In this document: one piece after another, positions 27,750-42,595 of the stretch
How the letters are laid out: every line of letters starts with the position of its first letter
How positions within the stretch are numbered: position 1 is the stretch's first letter
Assembly: GCF_000150275.1 (NCBI RefSeq)
Contig: NW_002060944.1
Coordinates: 6,930,245-6,994,244, forward strand
Direction of reading: 5' to 3'
DNA from: Trichoplax adhaerens
Taxonomy: Eukaryota; Animalia; Placozoa
Length of the DNA stretch: 64,000 bases
Made by a program: the position numbers and the translations under genes
Notes under the pieces: generated by a model
What the model saw: only the letters and a program-made list of their open reading frames with translations
Database searches by the model: none
What the model was told of the DNA's origin: nothing

Positions 27750-29043
27750 TACTGTACAACAAAGATATCGAGAGAATTTGTTTCTCTAATACCCTGATCT
27801 TAACATCAAATCTAAACGGATGGGAGTATCTCATCCATAAACCATGGCTTAAAGCATTCGCAAAATTAAAAACGGTGTCCATTTATAATAATTGCATACG
27901 TATATATATATATATTTTTATATAATTATAAGTAACATTTTGGTAAATAAAAATATTTCGTGAAATAGTCGTTCTTCACAGCCAACTTTGGCCAATATCA
28001 AATAGATCTTACTCTTCTTTGATCCAGCCAACTATCGATATCAAATAATTCCATGTTTGCCATTTCTAATTAAAAAGAGTAATATTGTATGTCAGTGATT
28101 CCATATTCTTTCGATATCTTTAACAAATTAATTGAAAAATTAAATAAACGTTTATCAGGATACCTTGTTGCTCTCGATTATTCTGAGGTTTTTGAACATA
28201 AATCTCCAATTTCGTATCGTGTTTTCCTATTTTAAGGAAAATCACATCACATTATCAAAGTTAAATCTTTAATGGGCTCCATGGTCTACATCTAAGTTTG
28301 AAATAATTCACTGCTCATGACAGTGTAGCTATCTTGTAGGTATAGATATCATCAAAATTTAGCATAACCAACGTAAATCAGAAACATTAAAAAGTTAATC
28401 TTATTATAGCATAACGAAGTATCAAGTTTTTATAAGAAATCAATTATAAAATCATTTATACCGTATGATTATTATTTTTATTACTGTAAAGTACGCAGTA
28501 AGAATTATAATTATTACAATGCGAAGTTAACAGTTTATAGGTGAGTACCTGAATCCATTTTATTAACCATTTCCTCAATCTCTTGCCAATCTGTATGAAT
28601 AAGGCGCGTAGCACAATGAGTGTTTATTTAAAAATTTTATTGACATTGAGGTAGCATAATTTCTTATTATACACAATTTAGAATAGAAAAATACATAATA
28701 GATGAGTCCATACTCTTCCTTAAATATGCGGCATTCGCTTGTTGATCACTTTTCATTTCTTGGCTTAATCCTGAAGATGATGTTACGTGAGATTGTGTTC
28801 GGCTGCTTGTCATTCTGTAACATTGAGATTGGATTTCATTGCTTAAGATATTCAAAGTATGATGCAATTCAATTACTATCAATCTACAGTATTAACATGT
28901 AGCAGGGAAATACGATATCATTACCGTGGAAATACAGTGAAATTGAAGTATACGTAATGATTTGATATGTTTCACCAGATATCAAACTATTGCGTTTGGG
29001 TAACTTACTTGTGAGTAGTGTTAGTTATTCCTCCATTTTCACC
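27750..29043 (-). CDS. 3' exons of an unidentified spliced protein-coding gene (5' end unresolved, probably toward about 31600)
   Basis: Phase-compatible AG/GT-bounded exons at about 29043-29008, 28883-28714, 28590-28549 and 28227-28164, plus one starting at 28065. They give GENGGITNTTHKLIVIELHHTLNIL...AYLRKNWQEIEEMVNKMDSGKHDTKLEIYVQKPQNNREQQEMANMELFDIDSWLDQRR. The last exon is ambiguous and no family was recognised. Confidence 0.5.
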
Positions 29044-30484
29044 TACTGTTAAAGAATAAAAATTACGTATACATGATAAGTATTAATCACAAGATAAATC
29101 ATTGATAGTAGATCTATGTGAGAACTCCTTGTGAGAGACTATTGTATATCGATTTGAAAGTTGTTAAATAGTTTATCGTTGCAATATCCCTAAAATTATT
29201 AGTTATTAATGAATGCAATAATAGCAAGAGTAAGAACTTCAGTCTTTTAAGTGAAATTGATTTGGTAGCCTTTACACATTCCATATCGTAAATATTATTC
29301 TAAATTTATACTTTACTCGAAATTAGTATTTTTTAACTAAAGCCTTCCTATCAATTTGTAAATAATAAATAATCCAAAGACAATACGTGCAGTAATAAAA
29401 GACGAACTTACATTAGTACGGTATACTGTACTTAATCATTATATTTCTCAGGTCAATATATCACATAGCAATGCACAATTATACTAAATGCGAATTCAGT
29501 AAGTCAACATCGTTATTCCGTCTTATACCAGTCCTGGCTGCATATTAAATAAAATCTTTATATTGAAATATTGCGTAAATTAATAAAGATAACTGCCTTG
29601 GACAATTTTAGGCAGTTTGAATAGGATTAAAAAAATTGATGATGAAATCCATCATTATGGTTACTATTACTTCCGGTAAAGCAAACACGGATATTGGTCG
29701 TAACTCGTGACTGGTATTGTGTAGACAAATTATGCAGTCTGCAGTTTTTACTCGGAAAAAATATTGCATTATTTTCTCTGACGGTGTAATTATATCCGTT
29801 TATAATGATCACATTTGATTTCAATAAACGTTAGAAAATGGTAGATTATATACTGTAGGCTGTACATTATTATGTAATCTATGAGCGAAAGATTGATTAA
29901 AAGCGATCTGATGTTGCTTTAAACGTAAATACCCGTGCATATAGATACTAAGATCAGTATCCGTGTTCCAATGTATGTTGGTATATAGGTAGAAATCTCA
30001 AGTGAACAACTTATCAGTATACTAACAGTCAATATACATATACAGTACTGTAGAAAGTGCTGGGACGATAAGTAGCTTTGGCAGTCTACATAGCTTAGCC
30101 TAGAACTATCTGTGTATACTTCATCATAGTATACTGCAAGGATAATTCAGCGATTGTAATTGTATGTTCAAATCAATGAATAGAAGCTATTTTAATCGAT
30201 AATATCAGAGAGTAGTGAGGAATCAAGTAGTATACTGCTATTCTATTCAATGACGCTCCTTTCTTGTACCGCATTATGCCTCCATACTAAATCCACGATC
30301 GGTCAACCCATCTTCTAGTCTCTCCATTTGTGAAGAAAAATACAGTACGAGTAGTACATTGAATAGTATGATTTTTCGACCATCGATAGCCACGTTTAAG
30401 TTCGTTATAAAATTCAGCATAAACCGCGGATGAAAGATCTGGATGTGTAAACTCATTACGCTTCGATCCAACATTGTCCTAATA

Positions 30485-30895
30485 ATCCATTCAACCATCT
30501 TCCAGTCCATTGACTTTCTCTTTGTGAAGCAAACTACAGTACTACAAGCGTTGCATTGATTCTTTTTTAGTCTTTGATAGCCATATCAAGTCATTATTAG
30601 ACTTAAAGCACTGTTGTAATAATATAATCCATTCACGCATCTTTCAGTCCACTGACCCTCTTATTTATGGTGAAAAATAATACAACGAGCATTGCATTGA
30701 TTAATTATTTTAAGTCTTCGATAGCCATATTGAAGTGGTTGTTAGAGTAAAAGCACCGCCGCAATAATCTATTCAGTCATCTTTGAGTTCATTGACCCTC
30801 TAGTTAATAGTCAAGAAAAATACAGTACTACGAGCATTGCATTGATTATTTTTAGTCTTCGATAGCCCCTATCAAAGTGATTCTTAGAGTCCAAG
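30485..30895. repeat. About 140-bp degenerate tandem repeat x3
   Basis: gc(g/a)ttgcattgatt..ttttagtctt(t/c)gatagcc recurs near 30548, 30689 and 30833. Confidence 0.8.
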
Positions 30896-31593
30896 TTTAT
30901 ACTCCTATAGAGGATGAATGATCCCTAGGCTACGCAGCAATCATAGGTCGTCGAACACTGTCATTATGACGCTAACATCAATTAGACTCCATTTTGAAAC
31001 TTTCCTAATGTAATCCATTGAATCACTGAGCGAAATTCTTTGGTCAAGTTTATTCAATTATTTCTTATGCTGTCAACAACTACTTTCGTCATTTGAGTAC
31101 GGTCTAGACGATCTACTGTAGGAATTTTGTAGATGCTATTATAGGCCAATTTGGCAAATAGACGCGAATTAATTTATTTTTATGACTCCATTTTCTCCGC
31201 TGCTATGGCAAGCAAAACTGCCTTAGACTGACACTGTCTATCTATGAATTCGAGTAGTGTCTGTATCAATAGGAGTATCATCCCTGGTCGTTTGACTGTT
31301 GAAATCCTTGGCTAGCCTTTTCTCACAGGCAAAATAAACACTATAATTTGACGACACTAAACCTACTGTAGCCTAAATTGTATCCTGCATAGCAATGCGA
31401 AGACGTTATTTATAACTTTATCATTAAGTTCATTTCTTCATCTTATTCAACATTACCTTTACTGTTACCTTTATTATTTCGGGTGGACGAAGATGAACGA
31501 GACATGTTGGATTTCTTCTTTCATTAAAACGAAGTGACCGTCATAAACGAAGTTGACCGTTTAAGGAGAACGACTTACCGATACTGTCCTATA

Positions 31594-31611
31594 AGCCAAT
31601 CAAATGGCGTC
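31594..31611. promoter_or_regulatory. Adjacent CCAAT box and YY1-like motif (aagccaatcaaatggcgt)
   Basis: Motif match only. It lies in the divergent spacer upstream of GPS1 and beside a minus-strand donor-like site (cttacc, about 31574). Confidence 0.3.
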
Positions 31612-31824
31612 CAGATAGGTAGTGACTTGCAAGTACTCTGTCGCATCCAAGCATTCGACTACATGTAGACTCAGTCTGCAGCCAATTTCAATACTGTGCT
31701 TGTATCACTTTTGGATCATTTTAGCAGTGAAAATATGTATCACAGACGGACAGAATCGGTCGGCGTACGAGGCCCACGTATCATACGAGGTACGGTACAA
31801 TGACCAGTATGCAGTTCTGTACTA

Positions 31825-32210
31825 TACTGTATGGCACGGTACAGTACGGTACGGTACGGTACGATTTCCACGACTACAGTACAACTCAGTACTGTACAGT
31901 AATGTACTGTACAGTCTGTATGTTTGTACACATTCAATACTTGTTGTGCAATATTAAACTTGCTACAAATCGATAAAGACACACAAAACGCTGAGACAAT
32001 GTACAATACTAAATACTGTGAGGCACGGTTCAGTACGGTACGATACGGTACGATTTCCACGACTACAGTACAACTCAGTACTGTACTGTAATGTACTGTA
32101 CAGTCTGTATGTTTGTACACATTCAACACTTGTTGTGCAATACTAAACTTGCTACAAATCGACAAAAGACGCACAAAGACCAGAGACAATGTACAATACT
32201 AAGTACTGTA
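31825..32210. repeat. About 190-bp direct duplication rich in GTACG/ACAGT pentamers, immediately upstream of GPS1
   Basis: ggcacggt.cagtacggtac...cgatttccacgactacagtacaactcagtactgtac...aaacttgctacaaatcga...gagacaatgtacaatactaa occurs at about 31833 and about 32022. Confidence 0.9.
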
Positions 32211-32275
32211 CTCTCTCAAGTGCAGTTCAGTCACTGCGACACTGCTGATTCAACACCATTACTAAACAACTCATC

Positions 32276-35200
32276 ATGGAGGTAAGGCAAAACTTACCAA
32301 GGAGAATCTTCTATTTATTAGCCATTAAACTCTTATTTTTACTGCATTTGGATATCGACATGATTCAAGGAGAAATAGCATTAGGAAGTGAAGAGAAAAA
32401 AATGTTCATGATGGAGTAGTGTAGAGGACAGTAGTTGCCAATGTATTGATCATATTGGAATATGGATACTGTACTTTTATATTAATTATATGCAGTCGTC
32501 GAAGGCTGCGTTGTTAGATTAGCCAAGGACTATGTGAACAAGTCCTTGGATTAGCCTACTATATTTCTAGCTAGCAGTTGCTAAATCATGCCTACCATCG
32601 TCACAGATGCCTAGGCTTGTATTCAGCCATTCAGTTGTAGTGATTATTCGACAAATAATGGAGTGCATAACAGATAGAGTCATGATAAGGGAGAGATGAT
32701 TGATGTTGTTCATTGGTTGAGCGGGATCGATCAAAATGTTTACCCTTTTACCTACGTACTGGATAAACTATGTAAAATGTGCTATCTTGAGACTACTTAT
32801 ATTGCTCTTTTCCAATTGTTTTATATTATTTCTACTATTTTTCTTCATCGATTAGGATCCTTACGAGCCTATGCAAGTAGATATACAAGACAATGTAGAC
32901 GGTGAAAATGAAAAAGAAGCGATCATCTCGGATATTACGGAAATGGTAAACGATTACTTACGATATACTGCTAGCTACTGTAGTTCACCATAGTAATACT
33001 GACATGCAGTACAGTAATGTTGTATATAGAATGCGATATTAAATCATAAATTTCGGACTGTTTGTTGCATTGAAGTCGAGTACTAGTTACCAGCTCGGAT
33101 ACTGATAATACAGTAATGGTACAAAATTGTTGACGTTACACTTCAAGTTGATTTAGAAACTAATGCTGCCATGGAGTAATATCATACGCGCTTGCACACT
33201 GCATAGTATATTGATCAGTGCACCTAAATTGCCGAAATATCGTACCCGAATTATATAAGACTGTCTGTTGCATTGAGATCTAGAAGTAGTTACCATCTCG
33301 GATATTACAATAATGGTACAAAGTGGTTTTGAATGCACAGTCAGTTAGTTAAGAAATGGATGCTACCATGTAGTAATATCATGTACAATATTAAATAATT
33401 ATAATTCCACTGTCAGTTCCACTTGAATGTAGAAGTAGTTACCATCGCGGATATGACAGCAATGCATAAGATTGTTTAGGATGGACTGCTAATTAGTTTA
33501 GTATACAATGCTGCCATATTGTAATGTTGTGCACAGAATAGCAAGTTGAATTACGATTCTTGAGATTATCTATTCCAATGACATTTAAAAGTTGCCATCT
33601 CGGATAGAACAGTACTAGTGCAAGATTGCTTAATATATACTAGCTTGATTTAGTAAGCTAATGCTGCTGTAAATTAATGTCATGCATAGTACTTCTTGGC
33701 AAGTTATAATTCTTTAAACTGTCTATTAATTCGTTGCATTGAAATTCATTATAGGAATTTGATGCGTTAATTGCCAACTATGAAGGTTCCGCTAAGATAT
33801 CAAGACTTATTTATGTAGCTGATCATTGTCCACCGTTTAAGTTAGAGGCACTCAGGTTCTTAACTGCAAGGCAATTTAAAACTGTTTCATTAAAGCAACT
33901 ACTGTAACTAATCGAAATTCTATATATACGTATGTAATGACTTAGACTTGCTATAAATTGCGTAATGGAGACTTCTAATATTAACCTCTACGTTTCATTG
34001 GTTGAAAAATTCAATTCATATTGGTATGTTCAAGCTGCAATAAATTGCTAGTTGTTGTTAGCTGTAGTAGTTATACAGTATAAAACTACCGATATGATAC
34101 CTCAATCTCAATCATCTCTATACCACCTATAAATGTTATACACTTCATCTTTATTGCTCACTTTGATATAATGTTGCCTAATAAATCTTGATTTTAGTGC
34201 ATCAACTAATGCTTCAAAACCAATTGAAATTAATAAAAAATGGCTAGACACAACCAAAAGATCTGCAGCGATTAAGGTTTGCAACCTTCTTATTTCAATA
34301 ATAAAATAAACTTTAGTATAATTATGCATAATAGTATGCAAACTGATCACAATTATAATTTCCACATAAACCAATATCGTTCTTCTGCATACTCCTTGTT
34401 AATAGACTGAAACGTTGGAGAACGATTTGAAAAGCTTTAAAAGTAACTCTATCAAAGAGAGTATACGGTAAAATAATATTCTCCCGCATCTAACCTCACC
34501 TATTATTTGACACTAATGCCGACTCAGTTAAATTTTAATTAAACTGCATTATTTAATTTAATTTATTTACATTTGATCAGGAGAGGTTATAATGATCTAG
34601 GAGACCATCAACTTTCTTGTGGCGAAATTAGGTGATGAGAGAATGATTTAGCTATTATATTTTAGATATTACTAATAACTTTAGTACTAACATGCGTACA
34701 GTAAAGTCTTAGGGCTGTGCAATCTACTTTTCTTGAATGTTTACGTTTATTCATATAATAAAACTTTCATTTTTATATCCAATTTAATGATATTCTGTAA
34801 ATCTTGTAGTCTATCCCTGCAAAGTTTTATTAGGGCAAGAGACTACTGTACCTCACCAAGGCATATCATAAATATGTGCATTAGCGTTATTAAGGTAAGA
34901 AATTTTGAAGTTTTACTGCCATAATTATTTCATAATATTGCTAAAATAGAACAACGTTGAAATCAATTTAAGAGAATATATTCTAATAAGAAGCTAATGA
35001 TTTTTATATTTAATAAAGAACATTTAAAGTGATCAATCGTAATAATCAATTATTTGTAGACGAGTATACAGCAAAAAAGTTGGACTAACGTATTAAGTTA
35101 TGCTAGTAAAGCTGAATCCATACCCGAACTAGAAGACGTAAGTAGCTTAGTTTATTATACGGACTAGCAGATTTTGTAGCCCACAGGCATCAATGTTAAT

Positions 35201-36865
35201 ATCTGCAAGTGTAATATGAAATTTAATCTCGAATCCTTATTATCACAGATTTGTAAAACTGATCAGTACAAAAATGTTAAAACATTCCTAAACTGTACAT
35301 CAGGTAAGCTATAGAAAATACAGGTGATAAACATTTCATGCATTTAAAATTTGTATTATTCTATATGCACGTATTTACAGGATTGGCTCAGCTTGCGCAA
35401 AAACGATATCAAGTAGCTGCACGCCGTTTTCTAGAAGCAAACTATGAAGACTGTAGTTTTAATGAGGTTAATTGTGAAAAATTTTGTAATATGGTTATTA
35501 GGAATACGATACAGTTTCAGTCAATTTAGTAATCGTAATTGTTTGCTCTGTATACTTCTAATAGATACTTACCGCTAACAATATAGCCATATATGGAGGT
35601 ATTTGCTCATTAGTCTCTTTCGATAGAAAAGAGCTACATTCGAAGGTCATTTGTAGCAGGTAAAACGAATGTATTGAATGTATAATCAAAATAAATTGTA
35701 ACGGCTACATGATTTAGGTGGTATACATAGTACTTAGTACATTATCGTCATTTTATGTATACTATCATACTGTTTATTAATTGGTTAATAGCTATTTCCT
35801 ATGTGTTCAATTTACTGTTTCTACGTTCGTGTACAGCTCCTTTAAGTTATTTCTGCAAGCAGAACCTGTGCTTCGTGATATTATTTCCCAGTTTTACGAA
35901 GCTAAATACGCGGCTTGTTTATCCTCTCTAGAGAAATTGAAGGTTAGCACTCTGTACCTATTTCACAACTTCAGCTTCAGTTTTTTATTAAAATTTTTAA
36001 AAATTATCTATTCTAGAATGGCCTCTTGTTGGATATCTACTTATCGTCGCACATTAACACATTATATACCATGATTAGAAATAAAGCTCTTAAACAGGTT
36101 TCTAAACTATTAATAAGGGACTTTTATTTTTATACTCATTCCAGTTTATCGTTCACGTTAACTAAAGTACATGAGATCAATAAATACTCGTATTTCTATG
36201 TCAGTATTGTAGTCCATATGTGCTGGCCGACTTACGTCGTATGGCTGTCGCTTTTAATACCACTGTTCCAGATTTAGAGAACGAATTGACAGCGCTCATT
36301 TTAGATGGATTTATAGATGCTCGGATCGATTCTCATAATAAAGTCTGTTAAATAATTTTCGAATTCAATTTCTATTACACAATTCTTTCGGATATATTAA
36401 TTTATTTTACGATCCTTTAAGGTTTTACATGCTCGCGATATCGATCATAGGACATCAGCTTTCGAAAAAGCTTTATCGGTAGGAAAGGATTATCAAAGAA
36501 GAATGAAGGTAAAATACAGTATTGTAATATAAATTCACGATTTCTATAGGACATTGCAAGTCCATTGTTATTATTAGATTATGGGTCATATAGCTTCTCT
36601 ATCGTAGTTTTAATAATAACGCTTAAATTAAAATCTCTGTTACACGGAGTTATATAATTCACTTACTGCCTTGTTAACATATTGACGAGTATATATCTTT
36701 TTTACTAACATTTTAGGCCCTCATGTTGCGATCTATCGTACTTAAAAATAAAATCGTCGTCAAGGTAATAATCCATATGTCATAAATAGAATTCGAGTAC
36801 GTATTTCTTATACAACTCATACTTTTTTATAGACATCCTCTGCAGAGAACGAAAATAATAATTAA
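32276..36865 (+). CDS. GPS1: COP9 signalosome subunit 1 (multi-exon)
   Basis: [75 protein letters not shown] and PCI-domain [18 protein letters not shown]. The 6-nt first coding exon (ATGGAG|gtaagg) is less certain. Confidence 0.95.
32920..33700. repeat. About 150-200-bp degenerate tandem repeat x5, beginning in GPS1 exon 2 and filling intron 2
   Basis: catctcggatattac...atggta occurs at about 32924 (exon end and donor) and, with variants, at about 33090, 33294, 33443 and 33596. Confidence 0.7.
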
Positions 36866-37816
36866 TACATCCCTAGGGCATTCCCATCGATCTAAAACAA
36901 CAGTTCAACCTTTGTTAATACAAATATTGGTTATATTCACTTCTACTTTAGGTTTAAGTTGCATAATAAATAATTTTACAACAGAGCGTGTCTAACCTTC
37001 GCTGGATATATAAAATATTTTATAATAATAGCGTTATCAACTGAGCTGATTTGTTGTAACGTCGAGTATATTACCTGTACAGCGTAATGATCATGATCGG
37101 AAAAATAGTGTTCGAGTAAAGTGAGAATCAGTTTTGATTATGTGAATAACGATTTAATTGTTGTGAAAATACAAATAAACTGTAACGTTGTGATCAGAGA
37201 TTCTTGTAGTATTTGCATTGCTTTCAATCGTTGTTGAACCGCGTAACTTGCTGAAGTTATATGAGTTTTCGACTTGCGATAACTAATGGAAATGTTGACC
37301 AGAAACGGCCAATTTATTTAAGTACTTACGACAGAGTAAAGGTAAAAATTATAATTAAACTTTCCAGTTAATATAAATTTCTTTATTTTTACTGACATAC
37401 CATACCTGCATCTGATAAAATTTGAAAATTTATAAATAAATTACATATTTTCAAGAATATTTCAATCAATCAATTGTTTTAAACCACTGGCTACATACTG
37501 TATACTGTGCACTCTCATCACCCATTGACTAGCTATGTAGCGGCCATACTACATAATCTAGCTCGTTACTCCTGATTCTAGCCGGAACACGTAGAGTAAA
37601 TATCAATCGTATATATAATACAAAAATGAGGTCTTGTGCTAATAACATAACACTTAAAACTTTTCAAAATAATATGACTGTATAATCGAATAATTCTAAG
37701 AGAAAATAAAAAATGTTCTGATATCTAGGCTCCTATTTCAGATTTTAGAAAGAGTATCAGAGAATATCTACTACTACATTTGAAGTTGATATTTATCTAT
37801 CGTCTTTTAACTCAAG

Positions 37817-40800
37817 CTAACTTATTACTTGAGTGTAATGTGCTGCATAATTATTTTCAGTCAATTTTTTCTCTTCTTTTAGCTGCTTAAAAGACGGTAA
37901 TTTCCCTTCCTTGATAAGTTGTCTGGTTTTAAATATAAAGTCATGACCTAAGGAATGAAATAAAATATACAATCAGATGTTGATCTTTCTAACAAAGCAA
38001 TTGCATAATGAAAGTTAACTATAGTAGAATATCACTATACCTTTACAATCGACTACTTCATTGTATGTCTTGCTCTTGCAACATTTCCTACACATGCCAT
38101 ATTCACAACGTGTACCACTTGGATTGCTGCTGCAGTTGGCACATGGCTTGTATTTAAATTCTAAGCATACAAGTATAACAATGACATCCATGTCAGAAAA
38201 TTTTCAAAGGTGTAACGAAGCTGGAAAATTAATTGGATCCATTAAAGATAATACAAGCAAGGGTGAATGCATAATGCGGATGTTTGGTAAAATGAAATTG
38301 TGTACTATGATACCAGTTCGTTCCCTCTTGCAACCATTGCTTTTAATTTTATTTCCTTTACGTTTGATTCTGGCTTTTCGCGATGCCTCTATATTTTTTC
38401 GAATAACTTCCTCATCTCTTTCCTGCCTTTCGGATGATTTTTTGGATGAATGACTGAATTATAGTATGAGGCAGAGAATAATTATTAAGGTATAAACTTG
38501 ATAAGTAATCACATTTTTCTATCATTAAAGACATTTTCTAACCGAGCGCAATAAAGAAATCCTCTAATACCTTGGTCTTATGTATGGTTGACAAATCCAA
38601 TAAGGTAATTTACCTTGGTTAGCAACTGCTGTTTGCTCTTCAGCCTATAAAATTAAAGAGTGCAGTACTTAACATGGAGCATAAAACTGTTAGCTTTCAA
38701 TCAGTAAATACTAGATAGCAAGGAATTACTGTAGTCTACGTCAAAAAAGATATGAACTTTCACATAGGCAACAAATTTGTAAGTTAGTCAAGGCGTCAGA
38801 GTCTTAGCCGAGAACTACCATCTATACAGTACGTACAATTGTACGTTGCTTAAATTCTGTATTGACTGCTACAAGTGCTTCCAAAGACTTTCCAGTTGCA
38901 AGTTTATTTCGGAGATCAAGATGGCGCTGAGTACTGTAAACAAAGTACTTGTATGTTAAAGTTATGAATACATATATTATTACCAAAAATGACTGCGGCT
39001 CTTTTTTGACTAGCGAATTTGCAACGTACGGGTATGTAATTTCAATATGCTAACCCGTGTATCCAAATTTTAAACAAATGTCCTCTCACACTTGATAAAG
39101 TACAGGGAAATTGATGTACTATTTGGAGATACTCTTCAGCAACTTGCCAGCAGGAAACTTGTTTACCGGAAAATAAGGCTGGATTGGTTAGTATACCCTC
39201 TGTAGTGGATACAATAAGAAGCGTTACAATATCTTGTAGGCCGAATATTGCAATCGTATTGATTTTTAAAATACCAGCAGACATAATGCCATCAACACCG
39301 GTAGCGGTAAAACATCGCTCCAAATCTTCAAAATACTGGATATTCCCGTTAGCAAATACCGGAATGGATAAGCTATCTCTGCAATAAATAAGATAGCGTT
39401 CAAGATTAATTAGTACAGTGACATGAAAAGTGATATGCAAATGTTGCAAAAATACGTTTTTTGATGTTAATATCTAGGTGTATTTTTAAGCTTGCGTAGC
39501 ATTTCATTTACTTTATAACTTTAATAAAGTTCCAATCAGCTAATCCAGTTAATTCCTTTTTCTGTTCTCTAGTTCTTCCATGGACAGTGAGTAACTAGAC
39601 GAACGTTGACATAAACAATCACGAATCAAACTAGTATTTTTACCATAAAATTTTAAAGAGATATTATTCGTTCATCTCAACTTGAAAAAGTCCCATTTTG
39701 TAACGTTTGTCCTACTAAAAAACATTTACCAAGTTTCTATCCTAGTATAATTACCTGACACCCGGCTTTTTCTAGCAATTGAGCGTATTTGACTGTCTTG
39801 TCCAAGTCATTAAAAATCCGAATTTTACATGTCACAGGAATTTTCAAATTCTGATGAAGATGAGATACTAAAATAACAAAGGTAACAGATAGATGATATT
39901 ATTAACATAGTCTACATGTATAAACTGACACGATGTTTCACAGCTCGGTTAGTTATTCACTTTCTCGAAAATTGTTTAGTATTCGTCATTACAGCGATTC
40001 TTACCAATTTTTTCCAACAATTTCCAATCATCCTGTAAGAAGGCACCATAATGACCTACCCGTATACGATATGGTCGAAAAGAGTTATCTGCTGATAGGT
40101 TATTGCTAATTGCAAGAATTTATTTTATATTATTATACCTCGCTTTGCAATAGCTTGCGGGCATCCAAGATTTAAATCGACTGCGTCACAATGTGGCTCT
40201 ACAATTTTAGCCGCTTTTAGTAAGGTATCTGGATCGTTACCGCAAAACTGCAATGAAAGATATTATTCTAAGTGTTTGATTTTAGATATGGTAGGTCTTT
40301 ATTGATAGCGCACTCTACCGTCCGTTGTATTATGCAAGTGATCTACATACACCACAGTAAGAATGGCTAGTAAAATACAACATTACAGTTTCTAGCTTAT
40401 TAAACGTAAGTAAGTTACACACGTATGGCATGTAGGTAGCACAGTAGTACGTTAAAATTGATGATTATCACGGTCATTTAACTTCTACTATCCTATTTAA
40501 CGGTATCGTCTATCGTCGTTTACGTATTGGATATATCATCAACCTGTACAATTAATGGTCGATCTTCCGGACAAGTCTTAAAGTTTTCTCTCCTATAGGT
40601 CGCATCACGAATAAACACTGCAGAGTGTAGCATTGGAGTATAGCATAATTGCGCTCCATAACGACGACACAATAAGCGCCAGGCCTAATTCATCACAACA
40701 TGTCACTTAGTTAAAACTCTGCAATAAAGTTATTGATCATGCCTATTTTATCATGGTTATACATGCAATTCAGTGGACAACAATATAATCAGCACAAACG

Positions 40801-40956
40801 AATAATGCATGTTTGACAGCTTGTTCAGCACACACTATCAGTCATCTATCTTACCAATTCCGATTGATCCACCATAGGTGCCACTACATATTTAGCTTGC
40901 TGTAGAGCTTCTCTCCAAAATTTCATTCCACTCGATTGACTTTGGCTAAGCGACAT
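37817..40956 (-). CDS. DUS1L: tRNA-dihydrouridine(16/17) synthase 1-like (multi-exon)
   Basis: [104 protein letters not shown] and a C-terminal Cys-rich module (CANC...CRKCC...CKGH). Confidence 0.96.
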
Positions 40957-42595
40957 TTTTATCCAATATTTTCTATGCTAAGGATTCAATATTACAGTAT
41001 CTTCTGGTCACGTTATTCAACTTGAATGCTGATAGAACTGAATACAAACTTGTTATAAATTTTGGCATTAGATAGAAGTTGAATTCGCAGTAATGGCTAA
41101 GTCGATGGATAACCTATGCCATAGTTTCCAATCCTTGATGAGAAGGCAGCAACAGACTGATCTCGATTTTACTGTACGTCTGCAGAACCTTTGAACAGGA
41201 ACAGAATTGAAAGTGACTGCATTGACGTAGAAATTGAATACGCTTTACTATCAACGCGTACGCTTACCTTAGTAGGCCAATAGACTATAAGTACAGTACA
41301 GATTGTCTTTCTGTCTGTTACATCAAAAGTTGAAAGTGGCCGCCATAAACTTGAGCGATCTATATACAGTATAGGGGTTTTTGGAGCTTCTACGATGAAG
41401 TAATACACTTGCTATAGTAGTGCTACTGTGCAGTAAGTAGTGTGCGAGATGCATGTATTCAAAAATATCATATGTACTTCTCTCAAACATAAAAAAAAGC
41501 CCTAGAGGCTAGGGCTGTAGCAGAGACTTTTCACATTTTCGAAGTCGCAGACTGAAGGGACCGCCAGAGACTGTATCCGCAAGCAGAAATTTTGATAAGC
41601 TTTACTATGAAGTGGTGCTCTTGTCCTAGTAGCGTTACTGTACAACGTATGCAGTTCGTTGTGTGCAAAATGAGCTGTCACACAACTGAGTTTCGTTCTT
41701 ATTCGATAGCCAGAAAGAAGGTGACATCATTTTCACTTACCATGGTGTAGATGAACATCTCTCCAAGTTCAAAAAATTACTGCTACAAATAACGACAAAA
41801 TCAGGTCCCATAACCATCAACTTCAGTATATTTAGGTATGTCAGCATGCAGGATTGGAAATGGCTTTCATAGACAGTACAGTAGGTGGAAATTTTGACAC
41901 TATTAACCATGCATTCATACTCGTGTTAACAGTCCTTTCAAGACTACGAGCAGCGTGCAAAATTTATATCATCAAATTTAAACAAAAAGTGTATAAAATC
42001 CCCAAAATAGGGTGACCAATTATTTGCACGGTGGGTATACTACAGACCGTAGGACATACGGATATCAAAATATTGCAATCTCATTAGAATACGCCATTGC
42101 TAATGATGTCTACTGCTTAGGATTAAATTCTGTTAAAGCTCAAGCAATTACTACTGCAAATAATGACAAAAGTCAGTTTCTATAATCATCAACTTTATGT
42201 CATTGCAATACTGTCCATGTTTATGATTTGATTGTGGTGATTTCATTGTAGATTATTGCCCGAAGATGAATACTAATTAACCTCAACGAGCAGCAGTGCA
42301 AGTCTTGGAAGAACAAAGGTATACGCTTATCATGTATAATTAATTATATCAACGACGTAATGTTATGTAATCTTCGCCAAGTTAATCATACCCAGGATTG
42401 AAGTATAACTATTACTGTTTCCTATGCAAGCTATATGCTATCAATAACTTTATTATAGGCTTGATGACTGTATCGATTGAGAATAAATAAAGATTGACTA
42501 CAATATATGGCAAGCAATTGTAGAGATCCTCTTAATTTTGACTGACGTAAAGGTTGATGATTGATTCATTCTAGGTTAAAAATTATTACGCGATA

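Noticed and set aside
31622-32285. ORFs of 111, 149 and 64 aa
   Set aside because: Low-complexity products of the pentamer-rich duplication (TVLY/STVL-type peptides).
38061-38453. 130-aa plus-strand ORF
   Set aside because: Antisense to DUS1L exons with no recognisable features; likely a shadow ORF.
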